Shown here in pieces: positions 39,142-53,663 of a stretch of 64,000 nt of DNA. How positions within the stretch are numbered: the stretch's first letter is position 1; each line of letters opens with the position of its first letter. Source of the stretch: Monocercomonoides exilis PA203 (lineage: Eukaryota > Protista > Preaxostyla); assembly GCA_001643675.2 (NCBI GenBank), contig LSRY02000007.1, forward strand, positions 434,001-498,000, given 5' to 3'. The position numbers and the translations under genes are program-made. The notes beneath the pieces are model-generated. The model worked only from the letters and a program-made list of their open reading frames with translations, did no database searches and had not been told where the DNA came from.

Positions 39142-39595
39142 CTTAAGCACTCTTATGTTTATATTCCCATTTGACTGATTGAATATTGTTTTGCAATTTG
39201 AATTTAAGTTTTATAACGGTAGCATTTCATGTTCAATAAACTGTAATTTTTTTATTCTTTTTTTTTTGTCTGGATTTTTTTCAATCTAATTTTGGAGCAA
39301 AGAGAGTAGTTTTCCATCTTTTTTTGTCAAAATTTGCGGACAAAATAGTTTTTCCTTTGTGAAAGTTATATGTTTTTTTCAATATTATTCATCATTATTT
39401 TGAAATTCTCAAATTTTTGGAAATGTTATGCTTTTTTATGTTTTCTCATTATAAAGCCAATCGTTTATTTCTTAGAATTTCATATGTTTGTCTCAAAAAA
39501 GTGAGCGCATGTTGAAATATTCGCAACTTATTTATTGTTCAGTTTCAAAAAAATGACAATTTAAAGTTTATTATTAAAGAAAGGTATTTTTTAAT

Positions 39596-40662
39596 TACCA
39601 TCGTTCAGAAACACGGGAATTTTTCAAAAACCCTGACTTTTTAGAAATATTCATATTTTTCAACAAGTTTCAAAAATAAAATTATAATAATTCACACATT
39701 CACACATCAGTATATAACACATCTAACAATGTTGAAATTTTTATTTGTAGTGCTGTATTTATGAAGAAATAAATAATTTTTATTTTTGAAAATTTGACTT
39801 TTAATGAATTTTTCTATTTTTATAAAACGATTCAGTTCATCTTTTATACACATAACTTATTTTTTCAATGTTATAAATAATTCTGGTTATTTTTCATTTT
39901 CGGCAATTTGCTCTTTCCAACGGAATGAAAATCTGTCATTTTCAAAAATCACAGTCAATGGGATAACTGAAAAAATATTTTTTGCAAAACACAAAAACAT
40001 CCAAGTGAATTTAACGTATGCATCAATAAATATGATAGTTATATAAAATTTCTTCATTGATGAAATTTAAAATGATACAGTAGGTATATCATGAAATACA
40101 ATTTGGTAGAAAAATCATTGAAAATGATAAGAAAAAATCAACAATTATAAAAACAATCTTTGTTAACTAAATACCTACTGTATCATTTTAAATTTCATCA
40201 ATGAAGAAATTTTATATAACTATCATATTTATTGATGCATACGTTAAATTCACTTGGATATTTTTGTGTTTTGCAAAAAATATTTTTTCAGTTATCCCAT
40301 TGACTGTGATTTTTGAAAATGACAGATTTTCATTCCGTTGGAAAGAGCAAATTGCCGAAAATGAAAAATAACCAGAATTATTTATAACATTGAAAAAATA
40401 AGTTATGTGTATAAAAGATGAACTGAATCGTTTTATAAAAATAGAAAAATTCATTAAAAGTCAAATTTTCAAAAATAAAAATTATTTATTTCTTCATAAA
40501 TACAGCACTACAAATAAAAATTTCAACATTGTTAGATGTGTTATATACTGATGTGTGAATGTGTGAATTATTATAATTTTATTTTTGAAACTTGTTGAAA
40601 AATATGAATTTTATGAAAAAGTCCGGGTTTTGTCCCATTCCCGGGTTTTGTCCATGACTATA
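39596..40662. mobile_element. 1.07-kb foldback non-autonomous element, copy 1
   Basis: 439-bp inverted arms 39649-40087 and 40171-40609 (one mismatch seen, at 40260) with an 83-bp spacer. Diverged outer termini are bounded by TA. The right end reads TAGTCATGGACAAAA on the minus strand (Tc1-like). Near-identical copy at +14068. Confidence 0.9.
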
Positions 40663-41365
40663 TATAAAAAAACAAAAATTAAACATATCAAGACTTTAAC
40701 CATTTCTTTGTATGAAATGTGTCAAAAACATGATTCGAAGATTGTGCATAAAAACAAAACAACTCTCTATAATATTTTTTTAATCACACTTTAGGAAAAC
40801 AAAAGGTAAATATCTCATGTTTCCTTGCATTCTTTATTTTTGTGACTTTCAAATTCACGATAAATGACGATTAAAAGTTGAATAACCCCTTAAGGTGATA
40901 AAACGAATAATTTCTTTCTTTGATTTTGAAACATCATTTTTCCTTTTTTTTTTTCATTTTTTTTTTCTGAAAAACAATTTTTTTTATTTTTTCGATAATT
41001 CTCCTCTCATCATAAAAACCACTTTTTTATCTTTCTCAACAGAAATCAAATTATTCTTTTTTTTTCCTTCACATTTCGAACTCCACATCTTTTTGCTTCC
41101 AATTTCAGTGAATTACTCACGATATGAAAACACAACGATAACCATAAGAAAACAACAAAACAAGAGTTCACATTCACATCCTCAAAAAACAATTAAATAA
41201 ACATGAGATTGCATCAAAAAGCCAAATAAAACCGTAGCAAGCACGCCACAAACAGAAAACACCAAATGATGCACTTTTGAAAAAAAAATCACTCATTTTA
41301 TTTACAGAATTACGAAAAAACAATCTACCTCTCATTTTTAAATATCAAACTCTTTCTCTTCTTCT

Positions 41366-44300
41366 TCATTTGTTCATGCTTTCAATCAGCTTTCTTGCCT
41401 CTGCTGACACGCTCAGCTCCTCATCCTCTGACATCTCGTTGTATCCAATCGCATCTGACATCGTCACCATCACTGTGCCGGGAGGAAAGTGCTGGATGAA
41501 CTCTCGCTTCAGCACACTCAGCTCCACACGTTCGCACCCTCTTTCCGACACGCAGCTCTTCACAACTGCCTCAAATGTGTTCCCTTCAACCCCCTTCATG
41601 TCTGGCCTCTCCCCATTCGCAATCTTCTGCCCTGCCACCGCTGCCTCATATTCTCCAAATGGGATCTGCAGGGTCAGGCACTCCCACAGCATCATCCCAA
41701 TCGAGAATGAAACTGACTCCTTTGTTGCTCCCATCTTCTTGTTCATCTGCAGCTCGGGTGCCTTCCACCTCAGACACTCCTTCCTGTTGTCATCCTCATC
41801 CTCAAACGCTGATGAGGGTGGTGGTGAACCTCGACCATTCCTGTTGGCAGATGAGAAGTCAGAGGAAGATGTGATGATGGTGGAGGCGGAGGAGATGGAT
41901 GAGGAATCTGAATCATCATCTGAAGAGAAGTCGGAATGCTTGGCAATGCAGATGATCATGTGCTCTGAGAACAACACAATGTGAGGACTCAGATTGGCAA
42001 GGGAGGACAGCTCGTCTTCTTCATTCTCAAATGAGTGGAGTGCCCCATTCGCCACCCAGAACAACACCTGCGCAGCTGTGTGTTCTCTCTCCTTCAGAGT
42101 GCCTATCGCCATCTCCTTCTTCTCATTTCTCCCATGAAGCAACATGAACAGCGAATCTCTCAAATCCACAATCAGCTTTTCAAACACTGACGAACAGGCA
42201 ATTGCATCCACAAGATTCGACATGGATGAGGTGGTTGGACACAAACTCTCCGATCGAACAAAAGTTGAATCTGAATCAGTCGTTGAAGTGGATGAAATTG
42301 ATGGTGAGGGTGTTCTCTTTCTCGTTTCCTCCTCGACCTCCTTCTCATCAACCTTTTCCAATGCCCATTGAGGTATCTTGTCTGAATCTCTTCCAAGAAT
42401 GTATTCTGTCGAACCACATTCACTCAACAAATGCTCTGATGACTCTGAATGTCCCAAGCTATTCTCATACACCCTCTTCTTGATTCTCTCTTCATTCTTC
42501 TTCTCTGCCTCCCTTTCTGCTCTCCTCCATTGCTCCTCAGGCAACATTTCCATTGTCACCATCTCGAACGCCTTCGGATCCTTCTTCACTGTGTCATTCA
42601 CAATCTCTTCTAATTCTCTTGTTCTTCTCTTTTGCTTTCTCCATCGAACAACAAACAGAATAAATCCAATGAGAACAATCAAAAACAAAACAGATAATAC
42701 AACAACAATGATTGGCCATAACGATTTCCCTTCTTTTCCTCCTTCGACAATTCTTTCATCTCCTTTTGATTCTGAGACACTCCTGTTCTTCAGAATGAAT
42801 GATTCAGTTGATGAATGTGAAATTAGATTACCAAACAGAATGCACACTCTCACTTCCACAGCATTTGCCACTCCTTCAATTGTTTCCACAGGAACAAATC
42901 CATGAACCTCTTCTTCTGATATGAAACCTCTTTCATCAAACAAATGCTTCTCAACCACCTCCTCATCTCCTTCTGCTGCAACTGTTTCGAATGAGAGATT
43001 GCAAGGGAGGAGCAGTGATCCTCTGAACACAAGATTCACCTTCTTCCCTGACTTTTCAGATGACACACTCTCCACCTTCGGAATGAAAAAGGGAGATGCC
43101 CTTTCTCCTGCAATCCCTTCCAATGAACATCCTCCATCCAATATCCACAACGATGTATTTGGCAATACTCCATCCCCTCCCTTCAAACTCACAACACTCA
43201 ATTCTGAAGAGCCTTCACACAGGATGTTCCTTCTTGTTGATGGATAATTCTGAATCGATGGATTGTTATTCATGAACTCTCCTTTCTCAATCTCCACGCT
43301 TCCACCAAACAATGAAAGCCCCCCTTTCTTCGAGTTGCTGATTGTGGTGTCTTTCATTGTCACATTGCTTGACTTCACATCCACAACCGATCCATTCCAA
43401 CCACACAATGGGTTATGCTCTTTGTCATTTTCTTCTTCATCTTCTCCCGAATCGTTATTCTTCTGATGGCTGACTGGCTCATCCATTGCTTTGCCATCAA
43501 ACAAACACGAAACAACAGACACATCTGAACTGTCCGAAACCGACAACTGGCTTCCTTTCTCAGCTGAAAGCAGGCAATAAGAAAACGAACAATTAATCAG
43601 ATTCACACTTGTCTTGGTCCTCTCAATTCTCACAACACTGTTATTGTTATTGTTGTTCTCATTTGAAGAAATATTCTTAAAAACTGCTGCAGATATTCTG
43701 AGACTTCCCTTATCTTCATCATTATTTCTTTTATTATCATTCATATTCAGCTCTTCTTTGCTCATTGAGATCAGACAGCCATTGTTCAATGAGATGTTGG
43801 AACAGTTCATTTTTTCAATAGACACGCTTGCACTCAGTCCAATTGTAACAACATCAGCAGTCGATGTGAGAGACTCCAGAGTCATTTGGGAAAGCACAAT
43901 TTCCGACTCGTCTGAAAACAAAAGCAAGGGTGTTGCAAAAGACAGCCAGCTGAATGATGTCTCGCTCATCTTCAGAACTCCTCCCCAAACAGCCATCACA
44001 TGTGAATCCAGCTCCAACGAGGCATCGGCTGCTGTGAATGTGCACTGAAACACTTCCAATGATCCATATGATTCGGTGAATACTGCTGAGTGTGCTGCCT
44101 CAAACGAAGAGGCAAATGATATCAGGCAGTTGCGAACTGTGCAATCCTCCTCAAGCAGAACCACACTCTGGGCATCTCCAGTGTGGGGAATGGCTGTGCT
44201 CAGCTGGATTGTTGCCTGCTGCTTTGTCGAAGGCAGGATGGACAGCCCATGCACAGTTGTCTCTGAGAGGAAGGTGGATGAGGTGTTGATGAAAATGGTG

Positions 44301-47300
44301 TTGAGCAGTCCTGGCTGGATGTGGTGAACAGCAGATGAGATGCTCTGGCAGGGGTTTGTTGGCAATCCACACTGGCGAGTGTCTGCCGAATCGAGACACA
44401 CAAAGATCTGGGGTGCATGCAAGAACGTGATCAAGGGGATCAAGTCCACATCCTGCTCATCAGCATCACTCGCACAGATGGACTTGTTCGATTGGAGCGA
44501 CTCCTGGGAGAAGTCGAGAGCAAAGAGTGTTTCGTTGATCTGCTGCTCGATCGACTGGCAGCTGATGAATATGTCCTTCCCCACCAGTGCATCATTCATT
44601 GTGAATCGGATCTCTGAAATCCTCAGTGGGAGAAAAGATGAGCCATCTGTTGTTGGTGTTGGTGAAGGTGCTGGTGATGAGGGATCCACACAATCAAACA
44701 TCATTCCTCCTCCTCTCCCATCCACAGTCGAGCACTTGCAGAGTGTGAATGAGCACTGCCTCACCTCCACCGATGACTCCTCGCTCTTCACACACATCAT
44801 CAGTGCCCCTCCCCTTTCACTCGCCTCGCTCGCGCACCGGCTGAATGTGCACTTCTCAACAACACTCTCCACAGCATCGAACACTCCGAGACAAAGAATG
44901 GTTGCACTGTTACCAGAGCATGTGTTGTTGGCGAATGATGATGACTGGATTTGGAGGGAGCAACAAGACTTGTCTGACGCTTCGTTGTGAGCAGATGAAT
45001 TCACAGGCAGATGAGACGGTGTTCTTTCGAATGAAACAAGAGAGCAGGAAGACATCGAGACATTCGAGACTGACATGTTAGAAATGGCGATTGACTGAGA
45101 AGGAAGTGAAACAAGGAGAAATGGGTGTGTGGTTGAGAACGAGGACAAGGTGCAATTGTCAATCAACAATCTTCCCTCTGAAACACTCAACAAAGTGAAT
45201 GAAACAGGATCACTTGAACTTTGAGGGGTGAAAGAGCAGTGCTTCATTTGGAGAAGCGATGAGGAAGTTGAGGATCTGATGAATGTTCTGTGATGGGCAA
45301 ATGCTGTTGGGATGTGGAAGGAGAGAACCTCAAATGAAAGATGGATGGTCGAATGGATCATCCATTCTTCATTTCCAACCGCATCATCACCCACACCAAT
45401 CCCTGACTCATTGTCTTTCCCAATGAATTTCATTGAGATTTGTTCTGATTCAACAGAAGATGAAAGGGAAAGGGATGAGGAGAGTGAGGAAATGTGAGAC
45501 ACTGAGATGGACAATCCATCTTCATCATCATCATCAGAAGCACTTCCAGGGAGTGGGGTGAATTTGAGGGAGATGAGATGGGAGATCGATCTGCATGGAG
45601 CAGCAGCATATCCACATCCACTGAAGTCTCCTCCTTCCTTCCCATCAACAAACCCACTCCCACTGAAGTTGCTCCACAGATACACCACAAGCGGAATCAC
45701 AAACCCAACCCCTGTGCTGCTTCTCTCCCACCCACACAGCTCATCCATCGATGACTTCTCCTTCTCACTCATCTCCCAGGAGAAATGCGCGGAATCCACA
45801 ACCTCATCCAGAGAGCTCCCATTCACAAACACATTCTTCCCTTTCCAGGCGCAGCACCCCACAAACTTCATATCCAGGAGAACAAACTGAGTTGCTTCAT
45901 CCTCCAATGATAAAAACACACCTCCACCAAGTCCTCTCCCACCGACCTCTCTTTCTCGTTCTGTTTCTATTTCTATGTCTTCTTCAGGAACTCCACAACC
46001 ACTCATTTCTGTGTTGTTGCACTTCAACTCACATTCCTTTGCCAGTTCAATCAGCATTCCTCCTCCCTTGAGGTTGTTTCCCTGGACACACGATGAATTC
46101 ACTGTGCAATTATCAACTGTTATCCACCTGGCTCCTTCATCCATCCCAGTCACACTCAGCCATCCTCCATCACCACCTGAGTGCCTGATCCCAAGGATCT
46201 CTGATTTCTTGATTGTGATGTTTTCTCCATTGGTTATTGAGATTGGAGAAGAAACTGAAAACTCAACTTCTGAACACATTGAGAATTCATTGAGCGTCAG
46301 ATCCCCCCTTTCCACCAATATTACAGAAATGGCAATACTATATGTCTCTGACTCTTCAACAAAGGAGATGGAACAGGTTGAAAGGCTGAGTGCAGATGAA
46401 GACTGAAGAAACGCCTTTCTGTTCTGGTGGAATGCTCTTGGAAGAACAAAGCTGAGTCCTGATATGGACAGACTGTTGCTGCACTGAATCAAGCCATCTT
46501 GTGTAGCTTCTCCATGATCACTCACACTCATAGTTATTTCATTTTCATTTGATGAGGATGAAGATGATGAGAGAAGAAGAGGGAACAAAGACACTGAGAT
46601 TTGGGTGTTGATTGAGGAAGTTGAGGCAACTTCAATCTCATTGATTGTTTGTGAAACCCTCTTGTTGGCACAGAAATCAATCGATCTGCAACAGAACAAA
46701 GGATATCCACACTTCGTGTGATCTGCTCCTTTTGTTCCATCAACCATCACTGGACTTGGCATGGGGCACAAATATACATGCAGAGGAATAATTGGATCAT
46801 CCTCTCCATTTTCACATCCACTCAGCCTTGCTCTATCTGATGGGAGAATTGAATGATCAAAAAACCCGAATGAAGATGTGTTGATCAACAATTCCAACTG
46901 GACTCCATTCCCACACCAGACAAACACATCTTTCCCATCTCTCGCAATGTTCGCCTTCTCACTCGAAAACTGCACTCCTTGTTCAATCCTCAACAAACAC
47001 TCTGCATCTCCCACTTGAACAAACACTCCTCCTCCACATCCATCTTTTTCTCCTTCTTCCCTCTTTCCTGCACAGCACCCATCAAACTTCGATGATCCAT
47101 TCACAACCATTTCATCATTGCCTCTCAGACACACATGCATTCCTCCCCCCTTTGCTCTGTTTCCCTTTGCCCAGCATCCATTCAATGTGCAGTTGTCAAT
47201 TATCAGTTGATTCTTTTCTGATTCATGAGCACTTGTCTCATCAGCAGCACAAACACAAATACAAGCTCCATCTCCATTCTCTTTTGTGATTCCCTCAAAA

Positions 47301-50300
47301 ACACACTCAACACAATTCATAACAAATCTGCTCCCCTTCCCTTCAATCAACGAATACGATGAAAACACCATTGCTCCTTTTGTCTCAAACATTTCCATCT
47401 TCAACTCCCCTCCAACCACGCTCACAAAGCAGAATCCAATCTCACTCTCTGACTCAGATGCTGAATTCATTGATGAACAGTTCGAAAGAGTGAGAGAGGA
47501 AGTGGAAGTGGGGAGCGTGATGAAAGAGTGGGCATCAGAGAGAGAAGAAGGAAGGGAGAAGCAGATGTTGTATATTGAACATTCTGTGGAAACACTCACC
47601 AGCCATTGATTGGAGAGCTCTGCTTGTGGTTCATGCACACCAACAACCATCCCCTTTTCCACACATGAGATGTTCCAAACTGGTCCATCCATCATCATCT
47701 CCTCATCCAGCTCATATCCATCTCCAACAACAATCTGCCTTTGTGATGAGCCAAATCTGAGCTGAGCAGCATGCATTATCGTCTGACATGGGAAGAAGCT
47801 GAATCCACAAAAACAAGAATCAAAAACCCAGTTTCCTTCAGTTCCTCCAACATGTGCTGGTGGTTGGAATGACTCCAAAAATACATTCAAAGGAAACATT
47901 CCCATCTCACTCCGACTTCTATCAAATCCCATCAACTCTTCATATCCCAGCCCATTCAGTGAAACACAAATCTTCTCCAAATTGATTGTCTCGCCATTCA
48001 GGTTGCTCCCATTCACAAAGATATCTCTCCCTCCCTCTCCTGCCTCACAATCCACAAAACTCACTGATGAAATCACAAAGTCTGCTTCCCCATCCCCCAG
48101 CCAAAGAAACAATCCTCCTCCACACTTGCTGCATGAACACGAGTCGAGTGCGGTTGGAAACGAGGAGGATCCCATTCTGAAGGTGCTGGTGGACGATATC
48201 ATGTCAATCCTGATCCCTCCTCCACTCCCACTCGAACACTTACAGTTTTCGATTGTCGTGTTCCACAGACAAAATGACTCTTCCTCACTGATTGTCTTTG
48301 AAATCACTGCTCCATCCCCTTCTGTTTTTGTCACATGGGAAAAGTTGGAATTGGCAACAAAACATTCATCACTGTTTGGAAGTGGAGAAGATGAAGACGA
48401 TACAAACAATGAAGCAGAAGAGGTTTCTTGAAAGAGACTGGCCTTGGACAATACATTCTCGACAATGCAATCAGTCATTCGAAAGTTGGCAAAATTCACC
48501 TCAAACAAACTGTTCAAATATTCTTTTGAGGGAAGGCCTTCCTGATTCAATGGGGTGCTGATTGCAAGCTCTTGGAGAAACAATTGAGAATTTGAGGAGC
48601 TCAGTCGGAACAATCTTGAACTTTCATGTGAGTCAAACACAATGCTCAAAGATGACAGTTTGCATATCGCGTCATCCACATTCAGAAACACTTGATCTAC
48701 CTCAACACGAACTGGATTCAATTGTGTTTCATCCTTTCCTCTCCCTTGAATAGAAATTCTCTTTCGCTCCACAACGTATCCATTTGATTCATTCATTTCA
48801 TAAGTTCCCTCGATAAGCATGATTCTGCATCTGCTCTTTGTTAATGTGTCTTCCAATGTGAATTTCAATGAGCTACAACCATCCTCAACAGTCAACCCAC
48901 AGAGCGCATTGTTGTTTCCTCCATCTGGAATGACATATCTCACAAATAATCCATTTGGAAGCCACTCATTCTTTGTTCCTTGTGAGGAGCTCGCGCATCT
49001 GCTCTCTCCAGCTGTTAAGGAATAACATTCAACAAAAGGATTATCTATGATTATTTGTGATGTGTCATTCAGATAAACATCTGATGCCTGTGAGGCAGAA
49101 TTATTAAAGAAGAAGCAATAGAAACAAAACTTTGCATTCAATTCAAGAGTTCTCACATTAATCCACATTCCTCCTCCATTTGAATTCTTTGCAGAGCAAT
49201 TCTGAAAGATGCATTCACTCATGATGAAAAAGCTGGGAGTGTTTATTTCAAAGCAAAGACCACCCCCGCTTGAATTTACTGATGTTTCGTTTGAAAAAGT
49301 GATGTTGAACAAAAGGATTGGAGATCCATTTTTGAGAGAATTCAAATTGCATTCCGTTGAGGTTGAAGTTCCTCTGTAATTTAAAAATATTGCACCTCCA
49401 TTCATAGTCGAACATCCATTTTTTGCAACGGAATGAACGATATCGTAACACTGTGATCTGCTAATAAAAGCACAGCCTCCATGAGAACCTGCATCACTGT
49501 TGTTTCTTTTTCCAATGCAATGATCGAATGTGCAGTTTTCAATTCTTGTGCTCAAAGAATCAAAAACACAAATTCCTCCTCCCCATCTGCTGCAGGAACA
49601 GTTCTTTATTCAAAAAAAAAAAGAGAGAGAGAAAGTTTCCAATAATTAAAACAAAAAATCAAAAATGACTCAAACCATGAAAATACAGCTATGAACACTC
49701 AGTGTTGATGAAGGACCATTGAATAAGATGGCCCCTCCACAAGAATTAAATCCCTCATATTTTGCTGAATAATCAGTGACATGCTGATTGACAAATTCTG
49801 TATATTCAAAGCTCCAATCCTCTTTGAGTTCCACTCTTGAACTTGAATTCATGGTTCTGGCACAACGCATCACACTTGTGTTGAAAACATTCAAAGCATG
49901 ATCGATATCTCCAATTCCTCCACAAAACACATTTTCAACACCATGCAATTCACATCCAGTTATGATAAATGCTCCATTTCCTTTCTGAAGCTCCGATGTC
50001 TCTGAACAAAATGGATCCTTCTTTTGAGTGGAAGAAATGTTCGAGAAGACACATTTGGCAATGGACAAAGATGACGAATGTGAGGATTTAATAATCGGAG
50101 CCTTTTCAAATACAAGATCAGATAATTTCGAGGATGACAATATGATTGCTTCAAAATCTTTCACAATCCATCTCTTTTTCACTGAATGTTCAGAGACCAA
50201 TAATTGTGGAATTTGGTTGTTTTGACTTTTTGTGTTCATTGATATGTTGTTGAACAGTGCTCTTCCATAAACAATTCTAAACAAACTATTTGCTTTCTCA

Positions 50301-50662
50301 TCGTTGCACAATATCAAACACCCGAGAACTTCAACATTGGACAAAGTTCCATCAACAACATTTGTGTCTCCTTTTGTTTGGAACTGCAACTTTGAGAACG
50401 TTATGGAAGTGTTTATCAATAAAAATGAAGTTTTCAAACAAGAAAACTCCAATATTCCATCTTCTCGAAATTGCACTGATTGATCTTCACTGTTATTATT
50501 TTGTGAATTATTCAATTTTGGATTGGAAAATGTATATTCATTGTTTTTGGAGAATCCGAAAAGGAATGATTCATCATTTGTATTTCTCAAAGAATTGTAT
50601 TCAATAGCATTGACATTCAAGAAAAAGCTCAGAATTGCAACAAGAAGAATGACTAACAGCAT
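41366..50662 (-). CDS. Giant type I membrane receptor-like protein with a Cys/Gly beta-repeat ectodomain and a TKL-like pseudokinase tail (~3074 aa), copy 2
   Basis: Exon 1 is 50662-49676, then a 72-nt GT..AAG intron, then exon 2 at 49603-41366. Signal peptide MLLVILLVAILSF, repeated C....GGG motifs, TM WPIIVVVLSVLFLIVLIGFILFVV followed by RWRKQKRR. The tail RWKAPEL..SVSFSIGMMLWECLTLQIPF..GERPD matches kinase subdomains VIII-XI; no HRD or DFG is seen. Confidence 0.9.
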
Positions 50663-53162
50663 GCAGGATGAATTTTAATTATTCCTGCACTTTTGTTTTT
50701 CTTAAATATGGGTGCAAATGATCATAAGGAAGATGAAAATGGTTTGTTCAATGATTGGCTAATGATGTTTGCTTCACACTTTCAACTGAAAATAAAAACA
50801 AATAGTTGACTTTGAAATATTAATTCGAAAATTGTTTCGATTTAATAACAAACAAATTTCAAAAGTCTTATTTGATTCGATTTCTGTTTCAATTATTTCA
50901 AGCATGAATCATAATGTCTGTTCTCATATGTTTATTTGCTCGCTTCATTTCAATGACATTCGGATCTCTTTGTCTTTGTTGAGTTATTCATTTCTCCAAA
51001 TGCTGCTGTTGTTATTTCCAAGAAACACAAAAAGCACATATTTCACATGCTATCCAGTTTGGATTCCAAAATTAAGTGACATGCTTGCAACATTCGTGTG
51101 ATAAACTCGACAAAGCTGAGTCAATGGAAAAATTTATTATTAAAGAATTGAAAATGAAAAATGAAAATGATACTTTCAAATCAACGAGATTATGAAAAAT
51201 TCATTGAAACAGGTTATAATCGAGTAATTCCTTTGACAATTTATTTGTCAATTTTTTTTTCGTTCAATTGACATGCAAGTGTGAATTTGTAATTTTTTTA
51301 TCAAGCGGAATAAGAAGAAGATAATTGCTAAAGCTCAATATGATGAGGTTTGGATAGTTTTGAGTTTGCACTCCCAAATAGAGATCTAGGTGTGTGAATG
51401 GTTATGGTGATTGAATATTGTTTGTTTTGTTTGCAATTTTTGAATTTCTGAAGACTGATTACTTTTGTGAATATTTTTCTGAATGGATCAAATGCAGTGA
51501 TGAACAAAGCAAATTAAATTCTTATTCTTTGTAACTTTGGGAAAATAGTGAAGGAAGACTGATGATTTTTGATAGCTTTGCAGAACGCAAGCATTGAACG
51601 ATGGTCGACTCTGTGAAATTTTTTTGTTGAAGCATTTCCAGTTTTGAGCAAAACCCATTTTAATTAATAATTTTCTATTGAGATCCTTTTTTTCAAAAAG
51701 TCAGAAATCAACGCATTTGGATGCGAGAAATCTGTTGGACTTAATAACTGGAGAATGTTACACAAAGCAGTTGAAAATGGAAGGGATAAAGGAGAGCGTT
51801 TGATTGTCGAAGTGAATAAAAAGAAAAGCAATTATTAACATCGAGTTCAACGTTGAAAATGGATTTTTGACAGATGGAAGGTTTGCATTTATTCAATTTT
51901 CAACTTTGAATCATTTTTTTTTTAAAGGCTGTTGAAAACGCAAGGAATTGGATTCATTTAAAGAAGGAAGAGAAGATATTGATTTGCAACAACAAAGACA
52001 GTTATAAACATTTCTTTGAACTCCAATTAGGACGAAATAGAATAGCAGTTTCAAGAGGAATTGCAGTTTTTTATTTATGTTCGAACTCAAACGCTGGGAA
52101 AAAAGAAAGAATCAACTCATAATTGCATTTTCAGCTGAATTGGCAGGAAACATTGTGGAAATGCATCAATCGAAGATTTCACTGTGTCAGTGTAACTTCA
52201 TCTAGTTAATTTTCAGTTATAGCAGAAACATTGCCATTTCAGTTGACGTTTCCAATGTTAATATTTGGAAACACAAAATGTTGTGTATATTATGCCATTA
52301 ATGTTGGTGAAGCTTCTTTTGGTGAATCTTCTGCAGGAAGAACAGCCATCTTCCATTCACTTGACTTCACTTCACCATAAAACGCATCAACAAGGCGAGG
52401 TTTTTTATTCTCACAGTCTTCTCACCTTCTTCTTCATATTTTTGATTAAGCTGTATTTTCAAGTTATTTTTTTGGATTCATCTTCTTCCTTCTTTGGCGT
52501 GCAGCATAAACGCGATTTGAGTAAATTCAATAAAAATATATTCTTTTGGACATTATTCGATTGGATTTTACTTTTGAAGCCACTTTTTGGAAATCGTTAA
52601 TGGCTACTATCTAAACCCAGATGAATGAAATAAAGGAGGGTTTCAACAAACAAACAAAAAAAAAAGGCTTTTTTTGGAAAAGACAAGCAAATCCACCAAT
52701 TATTTTATCAACATTATCCAAAAAGAGAGACAGATTGCATTTTAGAAACGACTTTTGAGCTTCTTATTTGAGTTTTTATTTTTTGATCCATTGTTATTTT
52801 CTTATGGAACAACAATTTTATTTGCAATTCAAATTGTGGGACGTTTGAAGCACTGTACAGACATCGAATATCGATGGCATTTGTATATTCATGAACTTCT
52901 TCTTCTTCATTGGCAATTCAATCAACTCTCTCACTCACTGATATATCCTTCAACATTTCGTCCTTCTTACAATGCTACTACTGATTTCTCATTCATTGTC
53001 CTTCTCTCTTGAAGCTCATCTCTTTCGACCAAAATCATCATTGTTCATCTTCTTCATCACCATTTTCCAAAAGCACATTTTGTTTCAAATTCTCCACAAA
53101 AACTTTGAACAAACAAGAAACACTCTGCATCTGATATTTCTTCTCTCTTCTTATTTTTCTAT

Positions 53163-53409
53163 AAAGGTCAGATTTTTATTAGTACCCAGTTTTTTATTAG
53201 ATCCTAAATTTTTTTTCTTATATTGCTTCATGCAGAAGCTTGTATTCAATGAGAATAATTTTGAAACAAATAATATATTATTATAAGGTTGTATGCTTAA
53301 TATTTTTGAAAATTTATTCTCATTGAATACAAGCTTCTGCATGAAGCAATATAAGAAAAAAAATTTAGGATCTAATAAAAAACTGGGTACTCATAAAAAT
53401 CTGACCCTG
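53163..53409. mobile_element. Palindromic MITE (~247 bp), Tc1/mariner-like terminus
   Basis: Near-perfect ~95-bp arms: ggtcagatttttattagtacccag..gagaataa vs ttattctc..ctgggtactcataaaaatctgaccctg. Confidence 0.8.
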
Positions 53410-53663
53410 TTATCGTTAGCATCGTCAGCATTATCAAAGAAATCAATAGAGTTTCAAACAGAATTTCTTCTTCTTCTTCTTCTTCTTCTTCATTTTGAAT
53501 GTTTATGAAAACAGAGTTTTTGAAGAATTGAGGAGAAATGGCAACAAAAAACTTTTCCTTTGAAAACATCCACAAATTACATCAATGATATCGATATGTT
53601 CCTTCACCTTTTCAATTAATGCTCATCAAATGTTAAAAAAGTTTTGAATGTGATGAAATACAG

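Noticed and set aside
39804-40454. Identical 80-aa ORFs (also at 53872 and 54280)
   Set aside because: Artefact of the AT-rich palindrome arms; no protein-like features.
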